A stretch of 64,000 nt of DNA from Candidatus Krumholzibacteriota bacterium (lineage in GTDB: Bacteria; Krumholzibacteriota; Krumholzibacteriia; JAJRXK01), in assembly GCA_963806035.1 (NCBI GenBank), contig CAWDWO010000011.1, positions 1 through 64,000 on the forward strand. The letters are read 5' to 3'. The translations under genes were made by a program, and so were the position numbers. Each line of letters starts with the position of its first letter. Position 1 is the first letter of the stretch. Positions 1-9,866 of the stretch are shown piece by piece. The notes beneath the pieces are model-generated. The model was given only the letters and a program-made list of their open reading frames with translations, was not told the origin of the DNA and searched no databases.

Positions 1-1493
1 CGGGGACCGGCTCTGGTCCATGGACGAAAATTTTCTGAACAGCTATCTCAACACCCTCGAGGACCTGAGTCCGGAGGATCTGAATACCTACGTGAGGAAT
101 CTTCGGGGGAATCGGACTTGCATACTGTGCTGCCGGACCCGGGGTCCCGCAGCTGAAGGACGCATCTTCGCTGGCGGCCAAAGCAAAATTCACGAGCCAA
201 CTGATCGCGCTGAGCGAGAAATTGGAGGGGCCGCCCTCCCGCCAGCTCCCACCCCACTTGCCGGCCGATGAGGCCCCCAGAGTCACCCAGCTGGAAAATG
301 GCATGACCCTCATCCACTCTGCCTCCACCAGCACGCGCATGGTGGCCCTGCATCTTCTGGTGAAGAACCGTAGCGCTCGCGAGCCCGCGGACCGGCACGG
401 AATCGCCGATGTCTTGCACCGTCTGCTTCCTCCGGGAGGGGACTCTCCCCTTCAAGATCGAATCGGCGCGGAATTGAAAGTCGCGGACAACCCATGGATA
501 CCCTTCGACGACTACTACACCACCCCCCTCTATTCCTTCGTGCGTCTCTCCGTGACCGACGAGTTCTACCGCGACGCGATCGAGCTCTTGGCCACGATGT
601 GTTCGCGATCCTTTGAGGACGAGGACGAACTCGCTGAAGTGCGCACTCAACTCACCGGGGTAATCGGCCGGCAGGCGAAGTCCTCCCGCTCGCTTTCCGC
701 GGCTCGGCTGGATCAACTCCTCTTCCCGGATCAGCCCCTGGCCGATCCGGTTCTCCCCTCCATGCCTGTCCTGCAGTCCATCACGCTGAAGGAGATCAAC
801 GCTTTCGCCCCAAAGTATCTGGCGCCCGAACATCTCGTGCTCGCCATCGTGGGCGACGTCCCCTATCAGACCGCGCTGGAGAAAATTTGTGCCGCCTTTC
901 ACACCAGGCCGACGAAAGAAGCAACGAGCACAGATGGTTTCGTGCAGCCCGAGTCCACCGGAGAGTCGAATCGCGAAGTCATCGAAGTCGGCGGCGCTCA
1001 GTCCACGATTCGCATGGGTAGAGTCGTGAGCGTCGATCCCGCGGATCGTTGGGCCCTGGAGGTCGCGGTGATGGTCTTGAGCGACCGCATGCAACAGGAT
1101 CTCCGCGAGACGCGCGGGCTGGCCTACAGTCTGGGGGTGGGAATCCAGTTCCTGGGAGCGCGCGCGGCCATCACCGCCTCGATGGGAACCCAACCAAAGA
1201 ATCTCGAAGAGGCCGAGAGCGCCATGAGAGACTACATGATCGCGAAGACGCTCGAGGTGAGCGAGGAGGAGATCGAAACCGCGGTGAATTCGCGCCTGGG
1301 CCGGCTACGCATGCGCACCATGACCAGCATGGGTCAGGCCTTTGCCCTCTGCCGAGACGATTTCCTGCACGACTCGATCGACTACTCGGCCCAGGAGGCG
1401 GAGGGGCTCCGCTCTGTCGGGCCCTCGGATGTGCAAAATGCGGCGAGGAACTACCTGGGGGATGGTCCCATGCTCACGGTCATCGCGAAGTAG
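1..1493 (+). CDS. M16 family zinc peptidase, C-terminal part (5'-truncated by window; apparent frameshift near 96-110)
   Basis: ORF 222..1493 has LENGMTLI, a degenerate HxxEH (HGIADVLHRLL) and LRETRGLAYS, typical of the inactive C-terminal half of M16 proteins. Frame 2 (FLNSYLNTLEDLSPEDLNTYVRN) resembles the end of the preceding M16 domain and joins frame 3 around the G5 run at 105-109. Confidence 0.85.
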
Positions 1494-1507
1494 AAACTCC
1501 GCGGCGC

Positions 1508-2767
1508 TCAGTGTCTCTCCGCAAGAGTGACGCGCACCGTCAAGCGTTTCTCATCGCGCACCAGGACGAGTGGAATCTCGTCCCCCGGTGCGTGCTCTTT
1601 CAGCACCGCGGCGTACTGGGCAAGATCGTCGACCGGGGTGCCCGCGACCTCGACGAGAAGGTCGCCCTTCTTCATCCCGGCCTTTTCCGCCGGTGAACCC
1701 GGAATGACCCCGGCAATCAAAACTCCCCCTCCGCTGTGATTGAAGTCGGGAATCGTGCCTACGCTGACGCGTCTTCGTGGGCCGCCCGCCGGTGGTGACG
1801 GTGCGTGCTCGCTTCCCGGTGGCAGGAAACTGAGGCCGTTCGACTCGTCGGCAAGAAAGAGAACCAGCTCGCTGCAAGAAGGCCCCGAGAGTGGAGATTC
1901 CCTCGCGGTCGATCTTGTCCGGGGTATCGCTGGTACGGTGATAGTCGGCGTTCGCGCCCGTGAAAATCTGGATCGCGGGAACCCCCTTGTCGACGAACGA
2001 TATCTGGTCGCTTCCACCGGGATCATCCTGCGGCATCTCCGGATTCAGGTGAAATCCATAATCCACGCCATGTAGGATCGAACTCCATTCGCGTGCCGTA
2101 TTCGTGCCGAAAATGGTGAGTCCGCCGCTGCTCAAACGCCCCACCGTATCCAGATTCACCATCGCCGTGCACTGCTTCAAAGGAAGCGCGGGATGAGCGG
2201 CGTAGTAGCGGCTCCCCAAAAGCCCCTCCTCTTCTCCAGAGAAGAGAATCACCAGGACTTCTCCGCGAGGAGGATCGGCTCTCAAGCGGCGGGCGACTTC
2301 GAGGATCGTGCTTACCCCCGAGGCATTGTCGTCGGCCCCGCGGTAAATCTCCCCATTCTCGTCGACGCCGAGATGATCGTAGTGCGCACCCAGGATGACG
2401 TGGTGGGCACTGCCCACCGAGCCGATACGCCCCACCAGATTGACGGCAACCGTGGAGTCCGCAGTCATGAACTCTTGACGGTATCCCGAGTCGTAGACCG
2501 GCTCGAGACCCAGCTCCTTCATGCGGCCTTCGAGGTATTGCGTGGCCAGCGTCAAGCCCTTGCTCCCCAACTCGCGGCCCATGAAACGATCCGAGCAGAG
2601 CTCGCTCAGGTCCTCGTTGATGGTGGCAAGCCCCTCCTGCTCCGTCTCGCACCGCCCCGTGCGCGGCATGAAGCAGAGAGAGAGCAGAACGAGGCCGAGA
2701 GCGAGAGTCCGCGCCCGGCGCGATGGACAGAAGCCCGGTGCTGCGGATACCAGCGAGTACGCATCAT
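1508..2767 (-). CDS. M28 family peptidase with C-terminal PDZ domain (two apparent single-base frameshifts, ~2716 and ~1875)
   Basis: GAHYDHLG, GADDNASG, FSGEEEGLLGS, SDQ and YHRTSDT in ORF 1551..2669; PDZ (VGTIPDF...GSPAEKAGMKKGD) in ORF 1508..2026. ATG at 2767 follows GGAGG and overlaps the M1 stop. A signal-like RTLALGLVLLSLCF lies in the 2669 frame upstream of its ATG. Confidence 0.85.
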
Positions 2768-4896
2768 TTTGCCTCCCTGAGCAAACGCAGCGGTGAGCTC
2801 TCCACGGTGAAGCTGCCCTTCTGAACGTTCTTCTCTCCGTCGAACTCCAGATAACTGTAGCGTCCGTAGTGCGTCAATTTCGCCCCGACCGCCGCCACCA
2901 GCTGAGGCTTGGCCACCAGCAAGAGCGACCAGGACCGTGACTCGTTCTTTGGATCTCGCAGAGTCAGTACCAAGCTCTTTCCCGAACTCTCTGCCTCGTC
3001 CCACAGCACTTGCGGCTGGTCCCCGTAGGCGCGCGATTCCGCGAGAATCTTACGAGCCAGGGCTCCTTCACCCAGCAGCCAAACGCTGCGCTGGCCGTCG
3101 TCCTCGAACTCGTTCTCGCTCACCACCAGCATGTCCTGGTTCTTGGCCCAATCCGCGGCCAGAGCGCGTAGCGCCTCAGCCATCTTTGCGTCCGTATCAC
3201 TCCCGATCACGACCACGCTACGCTCCGCTCCGAGGGTTTGGCTCAGGGCCGGGGGAATCTCCGCGCGCTTCAAACGGCGGAAGAGATCACAGTCGGGATC
3301 GACTTCGATGACCCGGGCCGAAGGATCCAGATTCAGCGTGGCCGAAGCGCCGCTCAAGTGGACCGAGTGCATCGTGCTGCCCTCTTGGCCCTTCACACGC
3401 ACCGGCACGTCCACATCGAAGTACGGTTCTTCCTGACTCAGGACGAGCTGCGGCGACGCGCCGGTGTCGTCTTTCAGCGCCGCGGAGAGTTGAAGTGCGC
3501 CGGGACGACCGATCCACTGCTCGAACCAATTGCGCCATTCGAGCTGACTTCCCTGCGCGAAACAGGCGACCACGTCGTCCCAACTCGCCTCCCGGAACAG
3601 AAACTGTGCGTAGAGCCGCCGCAATGCAGCGAAGAAGGCGTCGTCTCCGGCTCGTAACTGCGCCATGTGAAAGACCATCATGGTCTTCCCGTAGCCCACG
3701 GCCTGCGTGCTGGCGCTCTCGCGCTCGGTGAACTCGCGCAGAGGAAAGTCCCTGGCACCGGAAACCGCGTAATCGAGGTAGCCCTGAAGTTGTGCCCGCC
3801 GGTAATCAATCGCGGCCTGGACGCTCTCCTGTGATTTGTAGAGATGGTCAGCGAGATAGGTGGTGAGGCCCTCGCACCAGTTCCCCTCCTCATAATCCAC
3901 GAAGACTCCGTTACCCCACCAGTTGTGCAGGATCTCGTGACCGTAGGAAGTATGCACGATGAAGGGGAGGCGGATCACTCGATCGCCCAAGAGAGTGAAC
4001 GAGGGCATGCCGAAGCCGGTCTGCCACCAGTTCTCCACCAGCGCGAACTTGGCGAAGGGGTAGGGACCCAGCATCTGGTCGTAGAGATCGAGATAGTTGC
4101 CCGCGGCGTCGAGATAGGTCTTACACAACGATTCGGGGGTATTGTCATAGGTGAAGGTATAGAGCGTGGTATTTCCGTGTTTCATCTGCCGCACCCTGTA
4201 GGGACCCGCCACGAGGTAGGCTTCGGTCATGGGGTGCACTTCGACCCACTTCGTACTCACTCGGCCCTTCGCATCGACCTGCCGGTCCAGGCGTCGACCC
4301 TGGCTGATGCTCTCCCAGCCGCTGGGCGTGTTCGTGAGCAAGTCGTAGCTGAAGGTGCCATCGCCGCACCAGGGCAGCCAGAGCGTGGCGCCGGAAAGGA
4401 AGGCTCCTTTCTGAGCGATGAGCCCGGTAGTGGTGTCGAAGGAGCGTTGGTAGGCCACTTTCGGAGCGTGGAGGCTGTCGAACACGGCCCCCGAATAGGC
4501 CAGTTCCAGATCGAATTGCTGCGGCCACCCTTCCGCTGGCGGCGACAAAGTCCACTCGCGCGCGATCTCGTAGTCGTCCAGGCGGTCGTAGGGTGGTCTC
4601 TTCCAAAAATGGCGCGGCTGGAAACCTTCCGTCACCGCCCACTTCAGATCCTTCCCGTTCAACCGGGCGCGGCTCAGTTCCAATCCCCGATTGAGCAGAA
4701 GGTGGAAGGGACTCGAGATCTCGCCGGCGCGCTCGACCGTCATGCGGTCGGAGACTTCGAGCCCGTGAGACTCGACAGTGAGCTTGGCCTTCAGATCGTG
4801 ATGGTGGACTTGAAAATCACCGGCTCGCGCCAGCGAAGGGGAAAAGAATGCGAGCAAGCAGCCCAAACATCCCACAAGCCATGATGAATTGCGCAC
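2764..4896 (-). CDS. Secreted M1-family (gluzincin) aminopeptidase
   Basis: Signal peptide; HEILHNWWGN...WCEG zinc motif; GFGMPSF variant of the GxMEN motif; YGKTMMVFHM. Confidence 0.9.
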   Translation of the reverse strand: MRNSSWLVGCLGCLLAFFSPSLARAGDFQVHHHDLKAKLTVESHGLEVSDRMTVERAGEISSPFHLLLNRGLELSRARLNGKDLKWAVTEGFQPRHFWKRPPYDRLDDYEIAREWTLSPPAEGWPQQFDLELAYSGAVFDSLHAPKVAYQRSFDTTTGLIAQKGAFLSGATLWLPWCGDGTFSYDLLTNTPSGWESISQGRRLDRQVDAKGRVSTKWVEVHPMTEAYLVAGPYRVRQMKHGNTTLYTFTYDNTPESLCKTYLDAAGNYLDLYDQMLGPYPFAKFALVENWWQTGFGMPSFTLLGDRVIRLPFIVHTSYGHEILHNWWGNGVFVDYEEGNWCEGLTTYLADHLYKSQESVQAAIDYRRAQLQGYLDYAVSGARDFPLREFTERESASTQAVGYGKTMMVFHMAQLRAGDDAFFAALRRLYAQFLFREASWDDVVACFAQGSQLEWRNWFEQWIGRPGALQLSAALKDDTGASPQLVLSQEEPYFDVDVPVRVKGQEGSTMHSVHLSGASATLNLDPSARVIEVDPDCDLFRRLKRAEIPPALSQTLGAERSVVVIGSDTDAKMAEALRALAADWAKNQDMLVVSENEFEDDGQRSVWLLGEGALARKILAESRAYGDQPQVLWDEAESSGKSLVLTLRDPKNESRSWSLLLVAKPQLVAAVGAKLTHYGRYSYLEFDGEKNVQKGSFTVESSPLRLLREAK

Positions 4897-5010
4897 GAAA
4901 AACCTCTGGGTTGAAGTCCTGGGACCTCAGCCTAGCGGCCCTCTTCCCCGGAGGCAAGCAGACCCTGCGCGGTCCGGCCACGCAGGGTCCCACATCCGAG
5001 TCATACCGCT

Positions 5011-5229
5011 CTAGCTCGCGCTGGCCTTGCGCGGCGGGAGCACCCGGTAGAGAATCTTCTCCAGCAGACACCACTTGGTGAAGCTGCTCTGGATCAAATT
5101 GACGCCCACGAATGCAGTGAAGAGAAACCAGGCGGGGTGAACCCAATACCCCAGCGCGAGACTGACGAGTACGAAACTGCCGGCGAAACGGCGAATCAAA
5201 TTCTGGATTCTCATGTCGTGATCATTCAT
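5011..5229 (-). CDS. DUF2892 (YgaP-like) small membrane protein
   Basis: IRRFAG...WFLFTAFVGVNLIQSSFTKWCLLE pattern with two hydrophobic segments; start could also be 5214. Confidence 0.8.
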   Translation of the reverse strand: MNDHDMRIQNLIRRFAGSFVLVSLALGYWVHPAWFLFTAFVGVNLIQSSFTKWCLLEKILYRVLPPRKASAS

Positions 5230-5247
5230 TCCACACACTCCTGCAGA

Positions 5248-6498
5248 TCAGAAAGAGTATCGAGCCCGCAGGTAGACGTTGTCGTTGTACTCCTGCGATC
5301 CAAACAGAGTCCAATCGTTCTTTCCCCCGAACACGTTGGCTCCCAGGGATAGAGCCAGCGCGTCGGTGAGTTTCTTGGTCCCGCTGGCACGAAGATAATA
5401 GTCCTCGTCGGTCGGTGACCAGAAGCCGAAGAGCGAGAAAATGAGAGTCTGGTACTGGTACATTTTGGTAAGACGCAGCGTATAGAGCTGGCGCAGTTCG
5501 TCCCTCACCGGCTGGCCCGGCGCAAGTCCTTCCACATAGCGCCCATGATCCAACATGTACTCGTAATAGGCTTGCAGGCCGAGCTGCGTGTCGCTGGCAA
5601 GCTGACGATCGTACCCGGCCATCCAACGAATCGAGGAATTCTCCACCAGAGGATTCGATCCGTCGGAATCGTCGACGCTGTCGAGATATCCGCCTTCCAC
5701 GTTCACGACGCCCCCCAGCAGATTGCTGCGCGCGCTGGCCCCGTAGGTGTTGAAGCGCGGGTAGAAGAGCGTCACGCTCGCGCTGTCCATCCGCGCCACT
5801 CCCACCGGCTGCCGAAAGCGTCCCCAGTGGCCATAGAGTGCCAGATCCCAACCCGAGACCGTTCGTGAGGCACGCAGTGCGATCTCCCCGTTGCCGATCT
5901 CGTTGGCCGGCATCTCGATCCTCTGCTGAAGGCCACCGAAGGGATCGTAGCCCGCAAGCCGTGGAGGCATCGGCAGTCGATCCGCCTCGAACTTGGGAAT
6001 GAGCACCAGATTCAAGTTCATCACCGAAGGATAGAAACCTACCCGAAGCGCGTCGTGCGGCGCCTTCAGATACTGGTCCTCTCGTCCGATGAAAAAGCTC
6101 TCCCAATCCTTCGCGAAGACGTCGTTGATGAAGAGAAGATCCCCGGTTCCCCAGGTCAAGATTTGCCGGCCGATCTTGAAATCCAGACTTCCCCATCCCG
6201 TGTAGACCATGTAGGCCTCACGAATCTCGAGATCGGAATTCTTCTCGGTGAGCTGATCGAAGCGGTAATCCAGCCGAGCGAAGTACTCGGCGTCATCTCC
6301 ATAGTCGCTGATTCGCAGCTGCACCCGGGTTTCCTCGGCCGTGTAATCGCCCGCCTCCACTGTGGGGCCATCCGCGCTGCGCGCGCCGGCAAGTCCTTCC
6401 ACGAAGCCATGGAGTTCCTGGGCCCGGACCTGCCAGGCAGAGACGGACAGAACACCGACTACGACCAGACTCGTCAAGATCTTCATCCTGGGGAACAT
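5248..6498 (-). CDS. Outer-membrane beta-barrel protein (DUF1302-like)
   Basis: Signal peptide, REAY...KIGRQILTWG motif, alternating beta-strand pattern, C-terminal YSF; sits downstream of an MMPL/LolA-like gene. Confidence 0.75.
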   Translation of the reverse strand: MFPRMKILTSLVVVGVLSVSAWQVRAQELHGFVEGLAGARSADGPTVEAGDYTAEETRVQLRISDYGDDAEYFARLDYRFDQLTEKNSDLEIREAYMVYTGWGSLDFKIGRQILTWGTGDLLFINDVFAKDWESFFIGREDQYLKAPHDALRVGFYPSVMNLNLVLIPKFEADRLPMPPRLAGYDPFGGLQQRIEMPANEIGNGEIALRASRTVSGWDLALYGHWGRFRQPVGVARMDSASVTLFYPRFNTYGASARSNLLGGVVNVEGGYLDSVDDSDGSNPLVENSSIRWMAGYDRQLASDTQLGLQAYYEYMLDHGRYVEGLAPGQPVRDELRQLYTLRLTKMYQYQTLIFSLFGFWSPTDEDYYLRASGTKKLTDALALSLGANVFGGKNDWTLFGSQEYNDNVYLRARYSF

Positions 6499-6532
6499 GG
6501 TTCTTCTTCCTCGTTGAAATTCCAGTTTGTCC

Positions 6533-9500
6533 TCAGTCGAGGTACTCGCGCGGGGGGTTCTTCAGATAGCGTTCCTGGAAGATGTCTTCCGGGATGCCGA
6601 TGTTGTACTCGATCTTCATGAACTCCACCGTGGTATGCTGGTTCTTTTCCAGATTCTTCATGGTCCTCACCGTGATGGTGGGAATCCCCTGAATCTCCTC
6701 GATCTTGTCGGCCGTGAATTCGCGGATGGCCGTTCCCTTGTCGTCGTAGTACTCCTCCTTGAGAGGAAGGTAGGTGGCCTGATCGATGTAGGATGTCTTC
6801 TTGGCCCAATTCGACTCGTCCTTGGGCGTGCTGTCGATCACCCACACCTTGTGCCCGTCCAGCTCGTCCTCGCGCACGAGGGTGTGATTGTCGTCGGTCC
6901 AGGGCCGCCCGGAAACGTCCTCGTAGGTGAAATCGCTGCCCACGAAGGAGGAATTCTTGTCGTTGGCGGAAAGCCTCCGCACCAGGTCGAGCGCCGGAAT
7001 GTAGATCCAGCGGTCATCGTCGCCCGGTACGTGCTTGATCACCATGAAGGTCGTGCGCCGTACGTCGGCCGGCTTCGTGAAATAGGTGTAGTAGCGCTGT
7101 TCGCCGCCCTCCTTCACGTCGAGACGAAGCATGGTGAACTCGCGGAGACGCTCTTTCCCCTTGCGATCCACGAGCGTCATCTTGACCTGGCTACGGCCGT
7201 CATCGCCGGCGTAGTAGTAGGCCAGGTGGCTCTTCTCCATGATCTTGGTCGCATCGGTTTCCTGCGCCCGTGCGCCCGGCACTCCCACCGAGGCCGCGAC
7301 GGCAAGCGTCGTCAGCCCCACGGCGAGCATCGTCAGACCGCGGCCTCCTCCAGCGAGCTTGTTTGGATAGAACATCTGAGGGCGTAACGCAGTGATTGCA
7401 GGCAGAAGCAGCATCGTCACCGCGCCGCTGATCGTCATGATGAGGAAGAAGAACAACCCCACCGTGAAGTAAGGAGTGAGAGTGGCAAAGAACATCGGCA
7501 CGAAGCCGATGGCGAGCACCATGACGTTCCTGAAGATGGCCCGCCCCGTCGAATCGAAAGTCATTCTCATCGTCTCCTGGTAGTCTTGGGTGGTCTTGTG
7601 GTACTCCCGGCTCCGCTGGATGAAGTGAATCGCGAAGTCGATGGAGAGTCCCAGGGTGAGTGAAGAGAGCACTGCCACCGGCATGTCGTAATACTTGCCG
7701 GTGAATCCGAGCATTCCGTAGATCAGCGCGATGGTGCCGGTGAGGGGAAGCATGGAAACGACTCCCCAAATGAATGAGCGGAAGAGGAAGGTCATCATGA
7801 AGAACACGACCACGAAGGACCCAAACAGAGCCTTCGCCATGCCGGCGACCATCTTCTCCTGCCACACGATGTTCACGTAGGCCAGCCCACCCCAACCCAT
7901 CGTGATCCCCTCGGGAAGAGGGTGGCTGGCGAGGTATTCGTCCGCGTACTTCACCACCGAGGAAACTTCCGAATTCTCGCCGGCCCGCATCTGGACCCAG
8001 ATGTTGGCCGCGTTGGCGCTGGGAGTGATGAAGTGGTAGAGGTCGTCCGGGCTTCCGCCGCTCATCTCGTAGAGAAAGAGCGACTGCGCCACGGCATTTT
8101 GATCGTCGGGAATCATGAGCTTGGAAGAGTCCTCGAAAGCCAATTCGAAATTCACCTTTTTCACCACGTCGGCGACGGAAGTGGTCGCCCCCACGTTTTC
8201 GTGCTGATCGAGATGATGTTGAAAGCCTTCGATCCACCGCATGACGGCCGGATCCTTCATTCGGTCGTCCTCGTCCGATTTCAGCTCGACGTATCCGAGA
8301 TAGGTGCCGGCCAGGTGCTTGTTCATGACTCGATCCGCCACTCGCAGCGGGTGCCCCGCCTTGAACCATCGCACCGGATTGTCGTTCACCTGGACTTTGG
8401 TCAGGCCGTAGATCGAGAGCGCGAAGATGAGCACCGAAGCCAGAGTGATGATCCACCGTCCCTTGATCGCCGTTGCCCTCACCTTCTGCAGGTAGTGGGC
8501 GAGAGCCCCGTACTCCGCGTCGTGTTCATGCACCACTTCGGTTCCCCGGTGGGTTTCCAGCATCACCATCGCGGGCAGGAAGGTCATGGAGAGCAGCCAC
8601 GCCCCCACGATTCCGAAAGCGACAAAGGCGCCGAAAACCTGTACCGGGGGAATGGGAGTCATCATCAGACTCGCGAAACCCACCACGGTGGTGATGGTGG
8701 TGAAGAGCACGGGCTTGAAAAGGTGACCCATGGCCGAGCGCACCGCATCTCCCACCGTGACCGCGCGGGCGCGGTGGTCGATCATCTCGGTGAGGATGTG
8801 AATTGAAGGCAAGATGGCGATGGGGATGAGAAAGATCGGAATCATCGAGCTCATGATGTGCACCGTGTTGCCGCTACCAATCAGAGCTCCCATCCCCCAG
8901 ATCACGGACATCATGGCCAACGCCATCGCGGTGAGCACCAGGCGGAGATTGCGGAAGAAATACAACATGAGCAGGAAGAGGATCACCATGGCGAGCGGGG
9001 CGGAGATTGCCATTTGCTTGAACATTGCCGAACCGAAGGTGTCCTCGGCCATCGGCAAACCCGCCAGATAGAATTTCTCGTCACCCTGATGACGGTGCAC
9101 GATCTCCGTGATTTCTTGCCCTATTTCGTAGGAGCGATTCTTGTCTTCGATGGGGATGAAGAGGGCGATGGTAGTGCCGTCGTCGCTCGCGAGTTTGCCC
9201 CGCAGAATGGCGCTCGCCTTGATGCGCTCGAGAATGCGCTCCGCGCCGGCCTCATCCTGAGGAGGATCGCCCATGAGTGGAGCAACTCTGAGGATTCCTC
9301 CGTCTTCGATCGTGATGTCGTCGACTTCTGTCGGGGCCATCACGTCGTCCGCCACGACTCCGTCCAGGTCCAGGATCTCCGAGGTGATGGCGGCAACGTG
9401 AGCCAGGGGCTCGGGGTGGAACATCCCCCCATCGCGCACGATTCCCAAGACCAGGAAGTCGTTCAGGTTGAAAGTGTCCTTCAGCTCGTGATGGAAGACG

Positions 9501-9652
9501 CGCGTCGGCTCGTTCGCGGGCAGCATGTTCTCCGGATCGGTGTCGATCTGGATGCGCGGGAACTGCGCCAGGAAACCCAGAGTGATCAGGAGGCTGAGCG
9601 TGACCACCCACTTCGGATGAGCGATGGCGAATTCAGTCAGAGGATTTTTCAC
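6533..9652 (-). CDS. MMPL/RND-family transporter fused to a C-terminal outer-membrane lipoprotein-sorting (LolA-like) domain
   Basis: Two RND repeats (TITTVVGFASL; LGLSIDFAIH), then a hydrophobic ARA-Q segment and a domain with WIYIPALDLVRRL and SFVGSDFTYED. GTG start at 9652 follows AAGGA. Confidence 0.88.
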   Translation of the reverse strand: MKNPLTEFAIAHPKWVVTLSLLITLGFLAQFPRIQIDTDPENMLPANEPTRVFHHELKDTFNLNDFLVLGIVRDGGMFHPEPLAHVAAITSEILDLDGVVADDVMAPTEVDDITIEDGGILRVAPLMGDPPQDEAGAERILERIKASAILRGKLASDDGTTIALFIPIEDKNRSYEIGQEITEIVHRHQGDEKFYLAGLPMAEDTFGSAMFKQMAISAPLAMVILFLLMLYFFRNLRLVLTAMALAMMSVIWGMGALIGSGNTVHIMSSMIPIFLIPIAILPSIHILTEMIDHRARAVTVGDAVRSAMGHLFKPVLFTTITTVVGFASLMMTPIPPVQVFGAFVAFGIVGAWLLSMTFLPAMVMLETHRGTEVVHEHDAEYGALAHYLQKVRATAIKGRWIITLASVLIFALSIYGLTKVQVNDNPVRWFKAGHPLRVADRVMNKHLAGTYLGYVELKSDEDDRMKDPAVMRWIEGFQHHLDQHENVGATTSVADVVKKVNFELAFEDSSKLMIPDDQNAVAQSLFLYEMSGGSPDDLYHFITPSANAANIWVQMRAGENSEVSSVVKYADEYLASHPLPEGITMGWGGLAYVNIVWQEKMVAGMAKALFGSFVVVFFMMTFLFRSFIWGVVSMLPLTGTIALIYGMLGFTGKYYDMPVAVLSSLTLGLSIDFAIHFIQRSREYHKTTQDYQETMRMTFDSTGRAIFRNVMVLAIGFVPMFFATLTPYFTVGLFFFLIMTISGAVTMLLLPAITALRPQMFYPNKLAGGGRGLTMLAVGLTTLAVAASVGVPGARAQETDATKIMEKSHLAYYYAGDDGRSQVKMTLVDRKGKERLREFTMLRLDVKEGGEQRYYTYFTKPADVRRTTFMVIKHVPGDDDRWIYIPALDLVRRLSANDKNSSFVGSDFTYEDVSGRPWTDDNHTLVREDELDGHKVWVIDSTPKDESNWAKKTSYIDQATYLPLKEEYYDDKGTAIREFTADKIEEIQGIPTITVRTMKNLEKNQHTTVEFMKIEYNIGIPEDIFQERYLKNPPREYLD

Positions 9653-9686
9653 GTCCGGTCCTTTGTGAGAGTTCGCGCTGCCTAGC

Positions 9687-9701
9687 GCAATGTGCGTACC
9701 G
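9687..9701 (-). promoter_or_regulatory. sigma-54 (-24/-12) promoter of the MMPL operon
   Basis: Minus strand CGGTACGCACATTGC gives GG-N10-GC close to TGGCACG-N4-TTGC, ~35 nt before the start; adjacent to a sigma-54 activator gene. Confidence 0.75.
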
Positions 9702-9804
9702 AACATGATCCGCGAACCACAAAAAATCAATCACCGTTTAATCAACTGAAGTCAATACACTTAGGTCGGAGGCTCGGGAGAATGTCGCGGGGCGCAGCCG
9801 AGCC

Positions 9805-9860
9805 AATGTTGCGTAATGTTGCGCAACATTTATGCAACATTGTTGCATCTGTGCAACATT
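9805..9860. promoter_or_regulatory. Putative enhancer (UAS) array of TGTTGC/GCAACA repeats
   Basis: Six TGTTGC/GCAACA copies in 56 bp, including AATGTTGCGCAACATT (9815-9830) and TGTTGCA-tctg-TGCAACA (9841-9858), ~105-160 bp upstream of the sigma-54 motif. Confidence 0.65.
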
Positions 9861-9866
9861 TGAAGC

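Noticed and set aside
1860..1890. Programmed frameshift producing M28 with or without PDZ
   Set aside because: No slippery heptamer is visible and nearby genes have similar indels, so an error is more parsimonious.
9781..9862. Repeat cluster as a CRISPR array, iterons or transposon end
   Set aside because: Repeats are only 6-8 bp with no spacers, and no cas, rep or transposase gene is nearby; position fits an enhancer.
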